64,000 bases of DNA from an uncultured Candidatus Saccharibacteria bacterium (lineage in GTDB: Bacteria; Patescibacteriota; WWE3; UBA101185; UBA10185), in the NCBI GenBank assembly GCA_964643995.1, contig CAZXUJ010000004.1:8606-72605 (forward strand), read 5' to 3'. A program made the translations under genes and the position numbers. This document shows positions 8,947 through 19,554 of the stretch, in pieces (position 1 is the first letter of the stretch; each line of letters begins with the position of its first letter). The notes beneath the pieces are model-generated. The model was not told where the DNA came from. It searched no databases and worked only from the letters and a program-made list of their open reading frames with translations.

Positions 8947-11178
8947 TTATCTCAGATCGAGGTTTAGGTTAAGATTATCTTTCAAATCATTCCCATTTTT
9001 AAAATCAGGCTGTGCTGTTTCCTGTACATTCTTTAAGATCTGCTCACTTAGTTTGGCTGGGTCTATTTCTTCTGGGATTACAGGCTCATTTACAGGGCGG
9101 GGAGTTGCATCGGTTTGTGTTGTTTGTTGTGTCACTGGTGTTTGAGGCGGTTCTGCTCTAATTGGCTCATTCTCTTTTGCTATTGTAGGGTTTACGAAAG
9201 GACTTGCGGTCGGTGCTGTAGCCTCCGGTTGCTTTTTTGGCATTTCAAAACGCTCTGCAGGTCTGTAGATCGTTCCTGCTGGTGGTGTTGGAGGTTGTTG
9301 ACCTGCGGCTTTGCGCGCATCTTCCTCTCGCATTTTTAGCAATTCCTCAGGGTTTGTTGTAATTAGACGATGTTCTTTATCCGAAGCTTTAATCTTGATA
9401 GATACGTGGTTGGCTCCTGCAAAGAACAATCCTTCACCTTTGTCTGCAGAGAGTAACAATCGTTTTTCACCTTCAGAAAGATAAAATGTTTCAGCTACTT
9501 TATCTATTGCCGCAGGATGTTGCTTAAGTAGTATTTGTATAGACGAGTTTGTAACAATAGCCTTACCAAAATCTGATCCTAAAAAGTCATCTACGTCTTG
9601 GGATATGGTTGTTAGTCCAAGATAATACTTTCTACATCTTTTAGCTACTCCATAAATGAATCTGGCACTATCATCATTTTGTAATAATGACCAGGCTTCT
9701 TCTACAATCAGCACACGTCGCTTTAAGTCCTTCTTTATTCGTGTCCATATGAAATCAAGAATTATATAGTAGGCAATTGGCCTTAGCACATCCTCAAGTG
9801 TTTGGGTAGAAAATACTATCATTTTGTTGTTTATATCTACGGTAGATTGTTGATCGAAAATACCCGCTAGAGAACCACGAATATATTTCTCTAATCTTTC
9901 AGCCATACCTCTCGCTTCTGGTTCTTCTGCTCCACGCAAAACCTTGTATAAATCTTCCATAACTGGTGGTTCTTGTTTCAGTTGGGTATCTGGATCTGTT
10001 GTTATACCTTTTATTCTGTACGTTTCAATAAGTGCCCTGTCTAGGATGGCCTCCTCAGTGGGGCTAAGTTCTCCCAGCATTAACTTAAAAAGTGTATGTA
10101 GCGATAGTAATTTTTGTCCTAACTCATTTTCACCTTCTGTAACAATCCCTGATAGGTCAAATGGATTCACTTTGTCTGGAGATGTAGCTGAAAAGCTTAT
10201 ATAGTTACCTCCTACGGCATCGCATAGCATTTTATATTCTTTTTCAGGGTCAATAATAAACACATCTGCCCCAAAAACCATCAGCCTCAACGCCTCTAAC
10301 TTAACAAGATATGATTTACCTGATCCAGACTTAGCGAATACTACGCTGTTTGCGTTTTCAAGAGAGAATCGATCAAAAATAACCAACGAACCATTGTGCC
10401 TGTTTATTCCATACATAATTCCTTCATCAGAGGTTAAATCGGACGATGTAAATGGAAAAGTTGTTGCCAAACTTGTCGTATCCATATTACGTGTAATAAG
10501 TAGTTTGTCAGTACCTGCAGGTATTGTGGCTTGAAAGGCCTCTTCCATTTGGAGAGTTGCACTTTTTGACAATAACAGTAGTGATCCTAAGGTTGATTCC
10601 AGTTTTTTGGTTGTATCTTCTAGTTCATCTATTGTGTCGGCTGGAATTGTTATGTAAAAGGAAAATTGAAAAAATTTCTCCACACCTTTTACCAGTTGTT
10701 CTTGTAGGGCCTTAGCATCTCCAAGCGCAATCTCAACAGTAGGGTCATTGATTTTGCCTTTTTCCCTATTTGACATCATGGTGGCTTCCATTTCAGTTAT
10801 TTTTCTTCGTAAGTCGTCTAGTACCCCTTTTGATTCCACAGGGTAGTAAAACATAGCGATATCTAGGGAGTGCTCAAAATTTATTACCGGTGCTAACCAG
10901 TTTGCACCTACAAAACGGGGGTATCCAGAAACGAACAGAGTTCTATAATGTTTGTTTCCTATTTTGACAACATTAAAATCAACCTCAATGGCAGGAGGAG
11001 CTATTATATCGCGTACGTTAATCATGCCTTCTGCTAAAACCTCTGCTGGTTTCTTTTGTGTTTTAGCATCTTTTGCAGCTAAAGTTGCTTGTGTTTTAGC
11101 ATCTAAGGCACTAGCTTCTGCAGCGGTCTTAGGTACAGTGCTTTTCTTTTTAAATAGCGTTAGTGCAGGTAATTTCAT
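8947..11178 (-). CDS. virB4: VirB4/TraC/CagE-family type IV secretion ATPase with disordered N- and C-terminal tails
   Basis: 743 aa. Walker A FAKSGSGKSY followed by FIIDPEKEY. Walker B VLIVEEAWSLL, a DEAW-type motif diagnostic of VirB4-family ATPases. N-terminal A/K/T-rich and C-terminal P/Q/T-rich low-complexity extensions. Confidence 0.7.
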   Translation of the reverse strand: MKLPALTLFKKKSTVPKTAAEASALDAKTQATLAAKDAKTQKKPAEVLAEGMINVRDIIAPPAIEVDFNVVKIGNKHYRTLFVSGYPRFVGANWLAPVINFEHSLDIAMFYYPVESKGVLDDLRRKITEMEATMMSNREKGKINDPTVEIALGDAKALQEQLVKGVEKFFQFSFYITIPADTIDELEDTTKKLESTLGSLLLLSKSATLQMEEAFQATIPAGTDKLLITRNMDTTSLATTFPFTSSDLTSDEGIMYGINRHNGSLVIFDRFSLENANSVVFAKSGSGKSYLVKLEALRLMVFGADVFIIDPEKEYKMLCDAVGGNYISFSATSPDKVNPFDLSGIVTEGENELGQKLLSLHTLFKLMLGELSPTEEAILDRALIETYRIKGITTDPDTQLKQEPPVMEDLYKVLRGAEEPEARGMAERLEKYIRGSLAGIFDQQSTVDINNKMIVFSTQTLEDVLRPIAYYIILDFIWTRIKKDLKRRVLIVEEAWSLLQNDDSARFIYGVAKRCRKYYLGLTTISQDVDDFLGSDFGKAIVTNSSIQILLKQHPAAIDKVAETFYLSEGEKRLLLSADKGEGLFFAGANHVSIKIKASDKEHRLITTNPEELLKMREEDARKAAGQQPPTPPAGTIYRPAERFEMPKKQPEATAPTASPFVNPTIAKENEPIRAEPPQTPVTQQTTQTDATPRPVNEPVIPEEIDPAKLSEQILKNVQETAQPDFKNGNDLKDNLNLNLDLR

Positions 11179-11180
11179 AA

Positions 11181-11876
11181 TTATTCTATAATCGCAGGAT
11201 TTACAATTGCTGTCTTATAATCCTCTACACTTGTTCTAATTCTTTGACCATGCATGGAGCTTGGATTGTAAATGTCAAAGTATAATTCTACCAGTTCTTG
11301 TGTCGTAAGCTGTCGTGTTTTTACTCCTAGTCTGTTAAATTCCGCTGAGAGATGGTCGATTTTTGGCTGTATATCTCGTATGGAATCTTTTATAGCTTGA
11401 TCAACATTAACATTCACTCGTTTATTATGCGCTCCTAATAGCACCATGAACCATCCAAATGGGTTGGAGCTTTTGTTTACTTGATTAGTTCCTCCAGAAG
11501 ACACCACCACATAAAACTTCTTGTCTAATACGTCATTCCTTTCTATAACATCCTGAACGAATTCTCTATATGAAGTTGCTTGTTCTCGAAACAATGGGTC
11601 CGTAATTTTTCTTTCTAAGCGGTGAATTTTTTCAAGATATTTAGTAATATCTAACTTTTTTGATCTGATAACAATTTGAACAGGAAAGGTTATAGAATTG
11701 AGTAGCATTGCAAATGCCGAAATCATAGCATCTTGCTCAATCTCTGACAGTAAATCGAAATTAACAGCTGTTGTCTGCATCAATGCACTTACGGCTCCAC
11801 TTTTAAGCACCACTAAATTTTGTTTGATATCTAGAATATCTAAGTGTTCTTGGGTTGTTGCTTCAATAAATGACAT
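11181..11876 (-). CDS. hypothetical T4SS-associated protein, possibly a separately encoded VirB4 N-terminal-domain-like module
   Basis: 231-aa soluble ORF, translationally coupled: it stops 2 nt before the virB4-like start and starts 2 nt after the upstream membrane protein stop. No recognisable catalytic motif. Confidence 0.4.
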   Translation of the reverse strand: MSFIEATTQEHLDILDIKQNLVVLKSGAVSALMQTTAVNFDLLSEIEQDAMISAFAMLLNSITFPVQIVIRSKKLDITKYLEKIHRLERKITDPLFREQATSYREFVQDVIERNDVLDKKFYVVVSSGGTNQVNKSSNPFGWFMVLLGAHNKRVNVNVDQAIKDSIRDIQPKIDHLSAEFNRLGVKTRQLTTQELVELYFDIYNPSSMHGQRIRTSVEDYKTAIVNPAIIE

Positions 11877-11878
11877 GA

Positions 11879-13318
11879 TTACGCTCTTCCAACTATATCT
11901 ACAGGTGCCAGTACAGTTCCCGTAGCTTCAAAATTAATTATATCAAAGGTAAGATTAGTCTTGTTAGCTTTATCTGTCAGTATTGTATAAGATCCGTTGG
12001 ATAATGCTGTCGATATAACAAATTGTCCCAATTGATTTGTTTTTAGTCCTCTTACAGGTTCTTCCTTATCGTTTTTAATTATTACCACTACGCCATCTAG
12101 GGGGTTGCCTGCATAATCCTTAACAACACCAGAAATTATATTTGGCTTATTACTCAAGGGGTTAATGTTTGCAGTTTGTGCTGGTACAGAAGGTTCAGGT
12201 GGAGGGGGTTCTATCTTTGTTGTTTGGTTTGTTTTAGGTTCTGGTTCTGTAGCAAGCACTGGGGTTTCTACGGTTTGTTTTGTTTCTTGTGCCTTAGGTT
12301 GCATAGCAGGTGGTGTTTCTATCTTATCCGAATACTGTTCATCCGTTTTTATTTGATTGAGTAGTTTCCTTAATTGTTCTGCTTTATCCTCTATATCTCC
12401 TTGAATTTTTTCTTCATCTGCAGTCTTTAGTATTCTTTCGCCTCGTATAGGCAGAATTATTTCTCCTTGTTGTGGCAGTAAGTTCGTGAATTTTCTTCCT
12501 GAATGTCTGTCTGGTGTGATAGCTCTGGTCTTATACGATTGTTTATCTTCTTTTCTGCTCGGCATCAGTGCTGTCATTAGTTTCTTACGTTGTGGTTCTT
12601 TTTTTGGTTCCAGCGGTTTCGGTTGTTGAGGTGTTTCCTGTGCCTTAGGGGTTATCTCCATAGGTTTTTGCTCTTCTTTGTTTTTGTTTTCCTCAGGGTT
12701 TGTTGGTGTTGGAACTATTGGAGGTGGTGCTATCACGGGAGGTGCCGCTACAGGTATTTCTTGCACTTCCACTAATGGTTCCTCTACTAAAGTAGTAGTG
12801 GTTGTTGTTGTGCTAGTGCTTTGGAAAACACTTCTTAGTTTTTCTACGTATTCGTACTCGGATATGTCTAGCGGATCCGCAGGAGCCTCGAGTTCCTGAT
12901 GTTCCAAAAAATCCTCTAATTTTCTACGGCTGGAGGTTGGTGTTAGTGTAATAAGTTCCTGCTTTACAACTGCTAAATTTTCCATAGAGAGTGCTGCAGG
13001 AATCTCGGCCTCCTTTTTCCAGATTCTTTGAGTTGGTGCGTACATTGATTTAAAAAAGTTTATAAACCACTCATCAAGTCCGCGTTCTTGTAACGGAATA
13101 AATGCAAAGCCTATTCCCATTAACACAATTAGAATAACTAATGGCCACTTAAGTAAATTATTAATTCCTACAAATGTTCCATAGGCCATAGCACCAAACA
13201 CCATCAAATATATGAATTGTCGCATTGTTAAATCACCTATGATCTTGAACTCAACGTCCATTATGTTTTGTGGAACAGCATGTTGTCGATTTGTAGTTTG
13301 TACGTCATTTATAGGCAT
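11879..13318 (-). CDS. T4SS membrane protein: VirB3/TcpE-like TM hairpin, Pro/Thr/Lys-rich linker, and a CarboxypepD_reg-like beta-sandwich C-terminus
   Basis: 479 aa. Two N-terminal TM helices (…FIYLMVFGAMAYGTFV…WPLVILIVLMGIGFAFIPL) typical of VirB3/TcpE-like proteins. Long low-complexity linker (poly-T, PPPEP). C-terminal …VVKDYAGNPLDGVVVIIKND…GSYTILTD resembles a carboxypeptidase-regulatory-like fold. Confidence 0.4.
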   Translation of the reverse strand: MPINDVQTTNRQHAVPQNIMDVEFKIIGDLTMRQFIYLMVFGAMAYGTFVGINNLLKWPLVILIVLMGIGFAFIPLQERGLDEWFINFFKSMYAPTQRIWKKEAEIPAALSMENLAVVKQELITLTPTSSRRKLEDFLEHQELEAPADPLDISEYEYVEKLRSVFQSTSTTTTTTTLVEEPLVEVQEIPVAAPPVIAPPPIVPTPTNPEENKNKEEQKPMEITPKAQETPQQPKPLEPKKEPQRKKLMTALMPSRKEDKQSYKTRAITPDRHSGRKFTNLLPQQGEIILPIRGERILKTADEEKIQGDIEDKAEQLRKLLNQIKTDEQYSDKIETPPAMQPKAQETKQTVETPVLATEPEPKTNQTTKIEPPPPEPSVPAQTANINPLSNKPNIISGVVKDYAGNPLDGVVVIIKNDKEEPVRGLKTNQLGQFVISTALSNGSYTILTDKANKTNLTFDIINFEATGTVLAPVDIVGRA

Positions 13319-13363
13319 ACGATCTCCCTAATTATGCACTATCGAGATTAGTTTTAATAGGAA

Positions 13364-14782
13364 TTATTTTCTAACGTCTTTTTTACCAAGTAACGCTGTT
13401 TCTAGCTGCTTAGGTAACTTCCATGCTTGGCGGTACCCATAAGCAAATGTGAATGGAACTACAAAAGGCATCAACATTATTGCAAAGCCTAGGTCTGCAG
13501 CGGCAGGTATGTCATTACTTGTAAATTCGAACCCTACACTACATGCATTTGATATAGCATCCCCTATAACCAGAGCTACAACCAAATTCGTAAATGCAAT
13601 TAAAGCTCTCATACCTAACATTGCCAATACTAACACACCTATCTCTTTAAACCAGTCGGTAGTTTTGGTTTCATTACCTGGAATTGCACCTATTGCAAAA
13701 GTAAATGGTGCCCCAATTGTCTTTACGATAATCTTCAAATAGATCATTAATACTTTTATTTGTATTGCAATATATGTTACTAACGCCGCTATGAAACCTA
13801 ATGAACTAAGTATCATAATAGATAATCCAGGGCCACCAGTTGCCGCTAGAATTATGAATGTACCTACAATTGCTAATATTCCAAACCCTGTGACTTCTGC
13901 CGCGGAAGTGCCTGCTAATGAATGTACTATCTCTATAGCACTTCCTCTTAGGGCGTAACCAATACTTGCGAATGTAGCTCCAATAGCGTAACTAAAGGTA
14001 ATTAAGAATAGTGCGATTACAATTCTTGGAATAGCATACTGTACTGTTACCATAGCTTGTGCACTTACTTTCTTGCGAGTCATTATCATGACGCCAGTGA
14101 CTATCATTATTAAGGCAATAAAGCCGTAGGAGGCATCCCTAACTATTTTCCACAGTTCAAAAGTAATGTTTAAAAGTGGTATACTACTATAGTCGGCTGC
14201 TGTAGAAGGATTTATCTGAGCATAGGCGGTTCCTACCAAAGGTACATCTTCAACTTGACGCTTAACATAGTACGCTAAATTTAGTGGCAATGGCTCACGA
14301 TTAAATTTTGTTAATTGCCCTCCAATATAAGCAAGGCTTCCTCCTGCCTGTATGCTGCTTCCTGGAGCTTGTACAACGCCACAGTTAGGATCGTCTCTAC
14401 AGTCCACATCATCAACATAAGAGTTTAGTAGCCCGGCGCAATATGCAGCATCTTCGTCGCGCATTTGACAAGCTGCTGGTAATTCACATGAAAATAATGT
14501 AGAGGATTCTTGAATGTAGTCCACACATCTAAAGACATTTGCAGGAGAGCCTCCGGTTGCTATCAAGAAAGGTAAATCTACAGCTAATGTTGTGCCTGCA
14601 TTTACCATTGTTCTTCTAATACTGATATCCTCTAATGCATCTCTAATTCTTTCAAACAGTCCTCTGTCTGGTTGGCAAAGCTCTTCAAGTGATATCGCAT
14701 GGGACTTAGGAGCATATACCGCAACGGACATAGTTAAAACTAAAATTGTTATTAAAGACTTTATGCTAAGTTTAGACATCAT
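13364..14782 (-). CDS. VirB6/TrbL-like polytopic T4SS channel protein with an N-terminal Cys-containing ectodomain
   Basis: 472 aa. Signal peptide (…VAVYAPKSHA), about a 200-aa ectodomain with 8 Cys, then 6-7 TM helices. This architecture matches VirB6-like proteins of Gram-positive T4SSs. Confidence 0.45.
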   Translation of the reverse strand: MMSKLSIKSLITILVLTMSVAVYAPKSHAISLEELCQPDRGLFERIRDALEDISIRRTMVNAGTTLAVDLPFLIATGGSPANVFRCVDYIQESSTLFSCELPAACQMRDEDAAYCAGLLNSYVDDVDCRDDPNCGVVQAPGSSIQAGGSLAYIGGQLTKFNREPLPLNLAYYVKRQVEDVPLVGTAYAQINPSTAADYSSIPLLNITFELWKIVRDASYGFIALIMIVTGVMIMTRKKVSAQAMVTVQYAIPRIVIALFLITFSYAIGATFASIGYALRGSAIEIVHSLAGTSAAEVTGFGILAIVGTFIILAATGGPGLSIMILSSLGFIAALVTYIAIQIKVLMIYLKIIVKTIGAPFTFAIGAIPGNETKTTDWFKEIGVLVLAMLGMRALIAFTNLVVALVIGDAISNACSVGFEFTSNDIPAAADLGFAIMLMPFVVPFTFAYGYRQAWKLPKQLETALLGKKDVRK

Positions 14783-14897
14783 AAATACGTTTCAAGTAAA
14801 ATTCTAGAATATAAATTACAACCTTACAATACTGACTTTTTTCGAATAGCCCAAGAGAGTTGGTGATTCTATTCAATTTTTATTATAGAATATAATT

Positions 14898-17800
14898 ATG
14901 GCGGATTCAAACCCCAATCCATTTTATTTCGGATATTACCCTGGAGAGCGCCCTGTTTACAGGGGCGGTGGTGGTAAACCAACTGGTCCTCTTTTTGATA
15001 TGCCTGCAGGAATGGATCTGTTGGGTGGTATAAATCAACTAGAGTATCAACTGGAGCGTGCTTTAGATACCGTTAACTTGCCTGGTTGGCTAAAGGAGAG
15101 ATATGTAAAAGATCTTACTGGTAGTTTAACCATTGGTGTTACTCCTGAAAAAAGAATAGACATGGAGGAGTTTGAGCGTCGTGGTACTGAGGCCTTAGAG
15201 GATATGCCTGGTGTGGCGGTTAAGATTTCTATCAATCCTGCGGATTGGGCAAAAGACCCTGGTGGAATGGCAAAAAAGACTGTGCAGGGTTGGGTAAGTG
15301 GTGTCTTTGATTTTGATGACTTTGATAGACGTTCTCGTTATAAGCTCTGGGCGACCATGCTCAGCGATGATAAACCTGATAACACACCATCAAATGGATC
15401 TTTCATAGATGATACGGTCAGAAGCTGGGAAACAAAATCACGCAAGGCTGCTGTGGCTGAAATGGAAAAAGCAGCCTTACGTTATGCAAATGGCCGTGGA
15501 ATGACCCCTGGGGTCGGTGACGATATAAGAGCAATCCGCAAAGATGTTCAACTAATAGGACGTGGTAAAAATCCCGATGATTATACCTCTACTATTCTCA
15601 GTCTGGATGATCCGATGTACTCGGGTGTTAAACAAGCCGTATTGGACTTTGAGCTGCATTCCACTAGCGTTAGGAAAAGGGAAGAATCTTATGATAATTT
15701 CGTGAAGAAGTCTCTTTATGCCATGGACGAGGACATAAAGAGTCAAGTTTTTCTTGCTAATGCAATGCAGACGCTCGACTTTAGCGATAGGCGTAATTGG
15801 GATGAGGATTTTGCTGCCAATGTTGATGCGCTAATGAAAAAACAAGTCCATGGTATGGATTGGGATGGTGCCAATGGTAGCTATTACTGGGAATCCGCAA
15901 ATTATGAGGAAAGTATTCGAAATCTTTATAGACGTAATGGTATTACTGATGCTGCAACACTAGATAGATATGTAGATCATGTTCAAGGATTACACTCCCA
16001 GGCAGAGTTATCACGTTATTTTGATAACTTACAGGCACAGATTGGGCAGGCTAGTAGAAATCTTGACGAGCTTTTAGTCTCAGAAAATCCCTTAAAAGCT
16101 ATAGATGCACAGGTTAATATGTTAGGGTTTCAAAAAACCTTAGGTCACGTAGATCAGAACGATATCAACTCATATATGACCACTTTGGATAGGTCTTTGC
16201 GCGCAGCTTATAGTGGTGATGGTGTCGCAAGAACTCAAACTGAACTGGATGCTTTAGTAAACAAGCGTATTTCTGAAATAAAGTCTTCTTTAGAAAATGT
16301 TAAAAGTTACTCTCCGGATCAGATAGAACACCTTATTAGTAAATTGCCGCTTGATCAACAGAAAAAAGTGCGTTCGGATATGCAACGCCATTTGGAATCT
16401 AGACGCGGATTAATAGGTACTAGACGAGAATTGGACAATATCTTGGGTGGTTTTGATGTAACCCAAATAAAAAATCTAAGTGTAGCTGAACGAAAAAAGT
16501 TGAAGAGGCAATTGAAGGAGCAACTTGATGGTGTAACTAAAGTTGGTCTAATAGGTGAAACTATTACAGGTGGTGATGTTCCATTGTGGGGGTACAGTGC
16601 TCAGAGAAAATATCTCCGCAACATTAATAATAGTTGGTTCAAGTATGACGAACATGAAAAGGCACTCGGTGGGATAACATCTAAAGGTAATGTACTTTTT
16701 TCGTTAATACCAAGATTAGAGGAAGAGCGTGCCCAACAAGAATGGGATGAGTTTTTTAATGCAATAGAAAAGGACGGCTTACTAAAGGGAATGTTAAACA
16801 CCTATGGTTGGAGTAGGTTGAAGGCTAAGTACAAATATCTTACTCCGAGTTATTACGTAGAAAAGGCACTCAGGAGTGTAAATAATTTTGGTTTGAAGAT
16901 TGAAGAAGCCCATAAAATCACTCGAAACATTAATGGTGTAAATGTAGATATGGATTATCTGTTCAAGATTGGAGGTGCCGGTGTTGGATTCCTTGGAGAT
17001 AGTACCGGAAAGACAACCAGGATTTTTGCCAATAGTTTTAAGGTTGAGTTTGATCTTCCAAGTGGTGTAAAAAAAGCCACTTTAATTGGTGGAGATCACT
17101 TTAATTTTCTAACCAACCATAAGTTCAAATCACAACTTAAAGAGTTGCGTGCTAGAAATCTTTTTAATCCAGATTCCTTTAAAGATCTGTTGATGTCAGG
17201 TTCTGAAGCAGAATTTTTACAAAAGCTACGTGCCGTGGGCTTTAAGATCCATGGGGATGCTGCAGCTGATCTGTTCAAGGAGTTTACTGCTTATAAACGT
17301 TGGTTGGATAAGCAGGCCGCCAAGTTAGGTGGCAACGCTAATGATCCAGCTTTTGCGTTTTCGATCTTCATGGGAGTTCATAACTATGACTTGATGCAAG
17401 ATCATTGGGGAGTATCAAGTGTTGTGGGCATAACAAAGAGATATGCCGGGCCGTTGCAGAAAGTCTACAAATATCTGAATGCCTTTCAAACAAGGTTATT
17501 CGAAACAACCTTAGGGCGTGTGCTCAATGTCGCCGTAAATTATAAAACACTTTTAGCACAAAAAATTGCACGTGGCTCATTAAGAATGTTTATTGAGCGT
17601 GCTATAACTAAATTACTTTCTTGGTTTGGACAGGCTGCTGCTTCAGAAACCGTAGTTGGCTCTTATCTTGTAAAAGCTATTGAGCCTGCTATTAGATATG
17701 TTGTAAAGAAAGTACTGGATGTTGGAGAGGCCGTTTTTAAAGCAGCATTAAAGTGGGACTTTTCAGGGATATTTGAGGAATTTGGTGCCGCCGTTAATGC

Positions 17801-18554
17801 CGCGTTCAAAATGATTTTAGGTGCTCTTGCGATACCAATTATAGTTATGGTTGGGGCAACGATTGTTATCACACATGTGCTTGGTGGTTTTGCTCCCGTC
17901 AATCCTGCTGTTATGGGTGGTGGTGAGTACACTTATGGGGGTCCTCCAGGTGGCGGTGTAAATGCAGCACCTCCTTGCCCAGAGGCAACCATAACACCAA
18001 GTAGTTGTATTTTTCGTGATGGTGGTGTCGTAAGCACAGGATCTTATACATCGAGTAATGAGACGGGACACGGATCAAATACCTACTGGAACAGTCTTGT
18101 AAACTGGGGTTATGTAAATGATCCTTGTGACTTTAATATACCAACCTCTGCCTCGGGTACGCCAGCAAGGGGTAGTTTGGTAGCAAGTAATGTTTGCAAT
18201 GGTTTGGATCCTGCAAGGAGTTACTATGGTTATGCTTCTGATAATGTTTCTAACAGTTGTTGGACTGTATATTTGCCAAATATTGCGGACAGTTGGTCTG
18301 TGGGTAATGTAGGGTCTGCTAACTTTGGTGGTTTAGCGGTAGCTACTGGTTATAATTCAGCCGGTGATGAAATATACAAAATGACTTTGTTACATATAGC
18401 TGTTGGTTCTGCTGTAACAGGCACCCTCGAACCTGGAGCCAAAGTAGCCGAAACAGCAGAATGGGGAGAAAACACTCATGTACATGTAGAGCTGGCAGAG
18501 TGGACTGGGAACGCATGGCAGGGGATACCCCCAGAAAGTGTTATTTGTAATTAG
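14898..18554 (+). CDS. large T4SS-associated protein with a degenerate C-terminal LytM/M23-like peptidoglycan hydrolase domain
   Basis: 1218 aa. N-terminal Gly-rich segment, a long alpha-helical charged region, and a TM helix near aa 970 (ILGALAIPIIVMVGATIVI). The Cys-rich C-terminal domain ends in …YKMTLLHIAVGS…GENTHVHVEL, resembling the M23 HxH motif. This is analogous to the large cell-wall hydrolases (PrgK/TcpG/CwlT) of Gram-positive conjugation systems. Confidence 0.45.
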   Translation: MADSNPNPFYFGYYPGERPVYRGGGGKPTGPLFDMPAGMDLLGGINQLEYQLERALDTVNLPGWLKERYVKDLTGSLTIGVTPEKRIDMEEFERRGTEALEDMPGVAVKISINPADWAKDPGGMAKKTVQGWVSGVFDFDDFDRRSRYKLWATMLSDDKPDNTPSNGSFIDDTVRSWETKSRKAAVAEMEKAALRYANGRGMTPGVGDDIRAIRKDVQLIGRGKNPDDYTSTILSLDDPMYSGVKQAVLDFELHSTSVRKREESYDNFVKKSLYAMDEDIKSQVFLANAMQTLDFSDRRNWDEDFAANVDALMKKQVHGMDWDGANGSYYWESANYEESIRNLYRRNGITDAATLDRYVDHVQGLHSQAELSRYFDNLQAQIGQASRNLDELLVSENPLKAIDAQVNMLGFQKTLGHVDQNDINSYMTTLDRSLRAAYSGDGVARTQTELDALVNKRISEIKSSLENVKSYSPDQIEHLISKLPLDQQKKVRSDMQRHLESRRGLIGTRRELDNILGGFDVTQIKNLSVAERKKLKRQLKEQLDGVTKVGLIGETITGGDVPLWGYSAQRKYLRNINNSWFKYDEHEKALGGITSKGNVLFSLIPRLEEERAQQEWDEFFNAIEKDGLLKGMLNTYGWSRLKAKYKYLTPSYYVEKALRSVNNFGLKIEEAHKITRNINGVNVDMDYLFKIGGAGVGFLGDSTGKTTRIFANSFKVEFDLPSGVKKATLIGGDHFNFLTNHKFKSQLKELRARNLFNPDSFKDLLMSGSEAEFLQKLRAVGFKIHGDAAADLFKEFTAYKRWLDKQAAKLGGNANDPAFAFSIFMGVHNYDLMQDHWGVSSVVGITKRYAGPLQKVYKYLNAFQTRLFETTLGRVLNVAVNYKTLLAQKIARGSLRMFIERAITKLLSWFGQAAASETVVGSYLVKAIEPAIRYVVKKVLDVGEAVFKAALKWDFSGIFEEFGAAVNAAFKMILGALAIPIIVMVGATIVITHVLGGFAPVNPAVMGGGEYTYGGPPGGGVNAAPPCPEATITPSSCIFRDGGVVSTGSYTSSNETGHGSNTYWNSLVNWGYVNDPCDFNIPTSASGTPARGSLVASNVCNGLDPARSYYGYASDNVSNSCWTVYLPNIADSWSVGNVGSANFGGLAVATGYNSAGDEIYKMTLLHIAVGSAVTGTLEPGAKVAETAEWGENTHVHVELAEWTGNAWQGIPPESVICN

Positions 18555-18569
18555 TTTGAAAGTGCAAAG

Positions 18570-19079
18570 TTGATGTCTTCATTTATAAACAAGCTAAAAG
18601 CAAACAAAGGACTGTTGTTGATAATATTTGGGTTGTTAATAATAGTACTGATTTTTATATTCGACCTAGCTCGTCTTAATGAAAAGTCTACTACACAAAC
18701 TCCCAAGATTGTAACTCAGGAAGATGCTCTAAAACCGGGAGATATTGTTCAATTGATAAAAATGACCCCTGCTGAAGGATTAAAGCATCAAACATTGGAT
18801 CCTTTCCAGGTGATTACTTTTGAATTTAGTGATCCGGTAGATTTGTCTACCATAGAAATCTCTGTATTGCCGGCTATTGATCATAACGTACGCGTTTTGG
18901 AAAATGATAAGTCTAAGGTTGTGGTATTACCAAAAGCCTCAGGTTGGCTCCCATACACAGAATATCAGATAAGAATAACAAATCTTAGATCAACTGACGG
19001 TAAGGGGTTATCTGCAACAGCGAGCTATAAATACAAAAATACTCCTCCGGAAATAAAGTTTAACGAATTACCCTACTAA
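18570..19079 (+). CDS. membrane-anchored protein with an Ig-like ectodomain (hypothetical)
   Basis: 169 aa, one N-terminal TM (LLLIIFGLLIIVLIFIF), then a beta-rich domain. Confidence 0.4.
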   Translation: MMSSFINKLKANKGLLLIIFGLLIIVLIFIFDLARLNEKSTTQTPKIVTQEDALKPGDIVQLIKMTPAEGLKHQTLDPFQVITFEFSDPVDLSTIEISVLPAIDHNVRVLENDKSKVVVLPKASGWLPYTEYQIRITNLRSTDGKGLSATASYKYKNTPPEIKFNELPY

Positions 19080-19083
19080 AGTA

Positions 19084-19554
19084 TTAGTTACACCCTGAAA
19101 TACCACTAAGTATTGGAGGTCCGCTTACCGTGGAGTTCGTTAAAAATTCGCAAAATCTTTCCTGCATAAGTCCAAAAACTCCGCCTCCAACCAGTTCTAT
19201 ATTGAAGCCAAATGCACCAGCTATTATCGAAAACATTGTGTAAAGCCCAGTCACTGCAACCAGTCCCCACACAGCATATGTTAAAGTGTTTTTTGCTCCC
19301 AGTGCTCCCTTAGGATCACCCAATGAAGTTGAATATTTGTAGGAAGCGAAACCTACAATCGCAACAAATACTGCCCCCGCGGATAAAATTAGCATGTTTA
19401 TAACACCGATAAACGGACATACTATTTGTACGATTGAAGGATCATCATAGTTTACGTTGTTACAATTTTGTGCAAAAGAAATCCTTGGAAAAGTAAAGGT
19501 TGTTAGAACAAATACTCCCAGTACTAATAAAGTTTTAAAACGTTGGAATACCAT
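19084..19554 (-). CDS. VirB2/TrbC-like pilin paralog with extra N- and C-terminal Cys-containing extensions
   Basis: 156 aa. Signal peptide, then a two-helix hairpin with the family loop motif KYSTSLGDPKGALGAKNTL (compare ITSRGDAKAAEQARGAL, MESLGDPKAVDSAKNAL in the neighbours). Confidence 0.5.
   Translation of the reverse strand: MVFQRFKTLLVLGVFVLTTFTFPRISFAQNCNNVNYDDPSIVQIVCPFIGVINMLILSAGAVFVAIVGFASYKYSTSLGDPKGALGAKNTLTYAVWGLVAVTGLYTMFSIIAGAFGFNIELVGGGVFGLMQERFCEFLTNSTVSGPPILSGISGCN

Noticed and set aside
16960-16990. Walker-A-like GDSTGKTT in the 1218-aa protein, which might have indicated a hidden VirD4 or ATPase domain
   Set aside because: The spacing is G-x3-GKT, not the canonical G-x4-GK[ST]. 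No Walker B or arginine finger follows. It was treated as coincidental.
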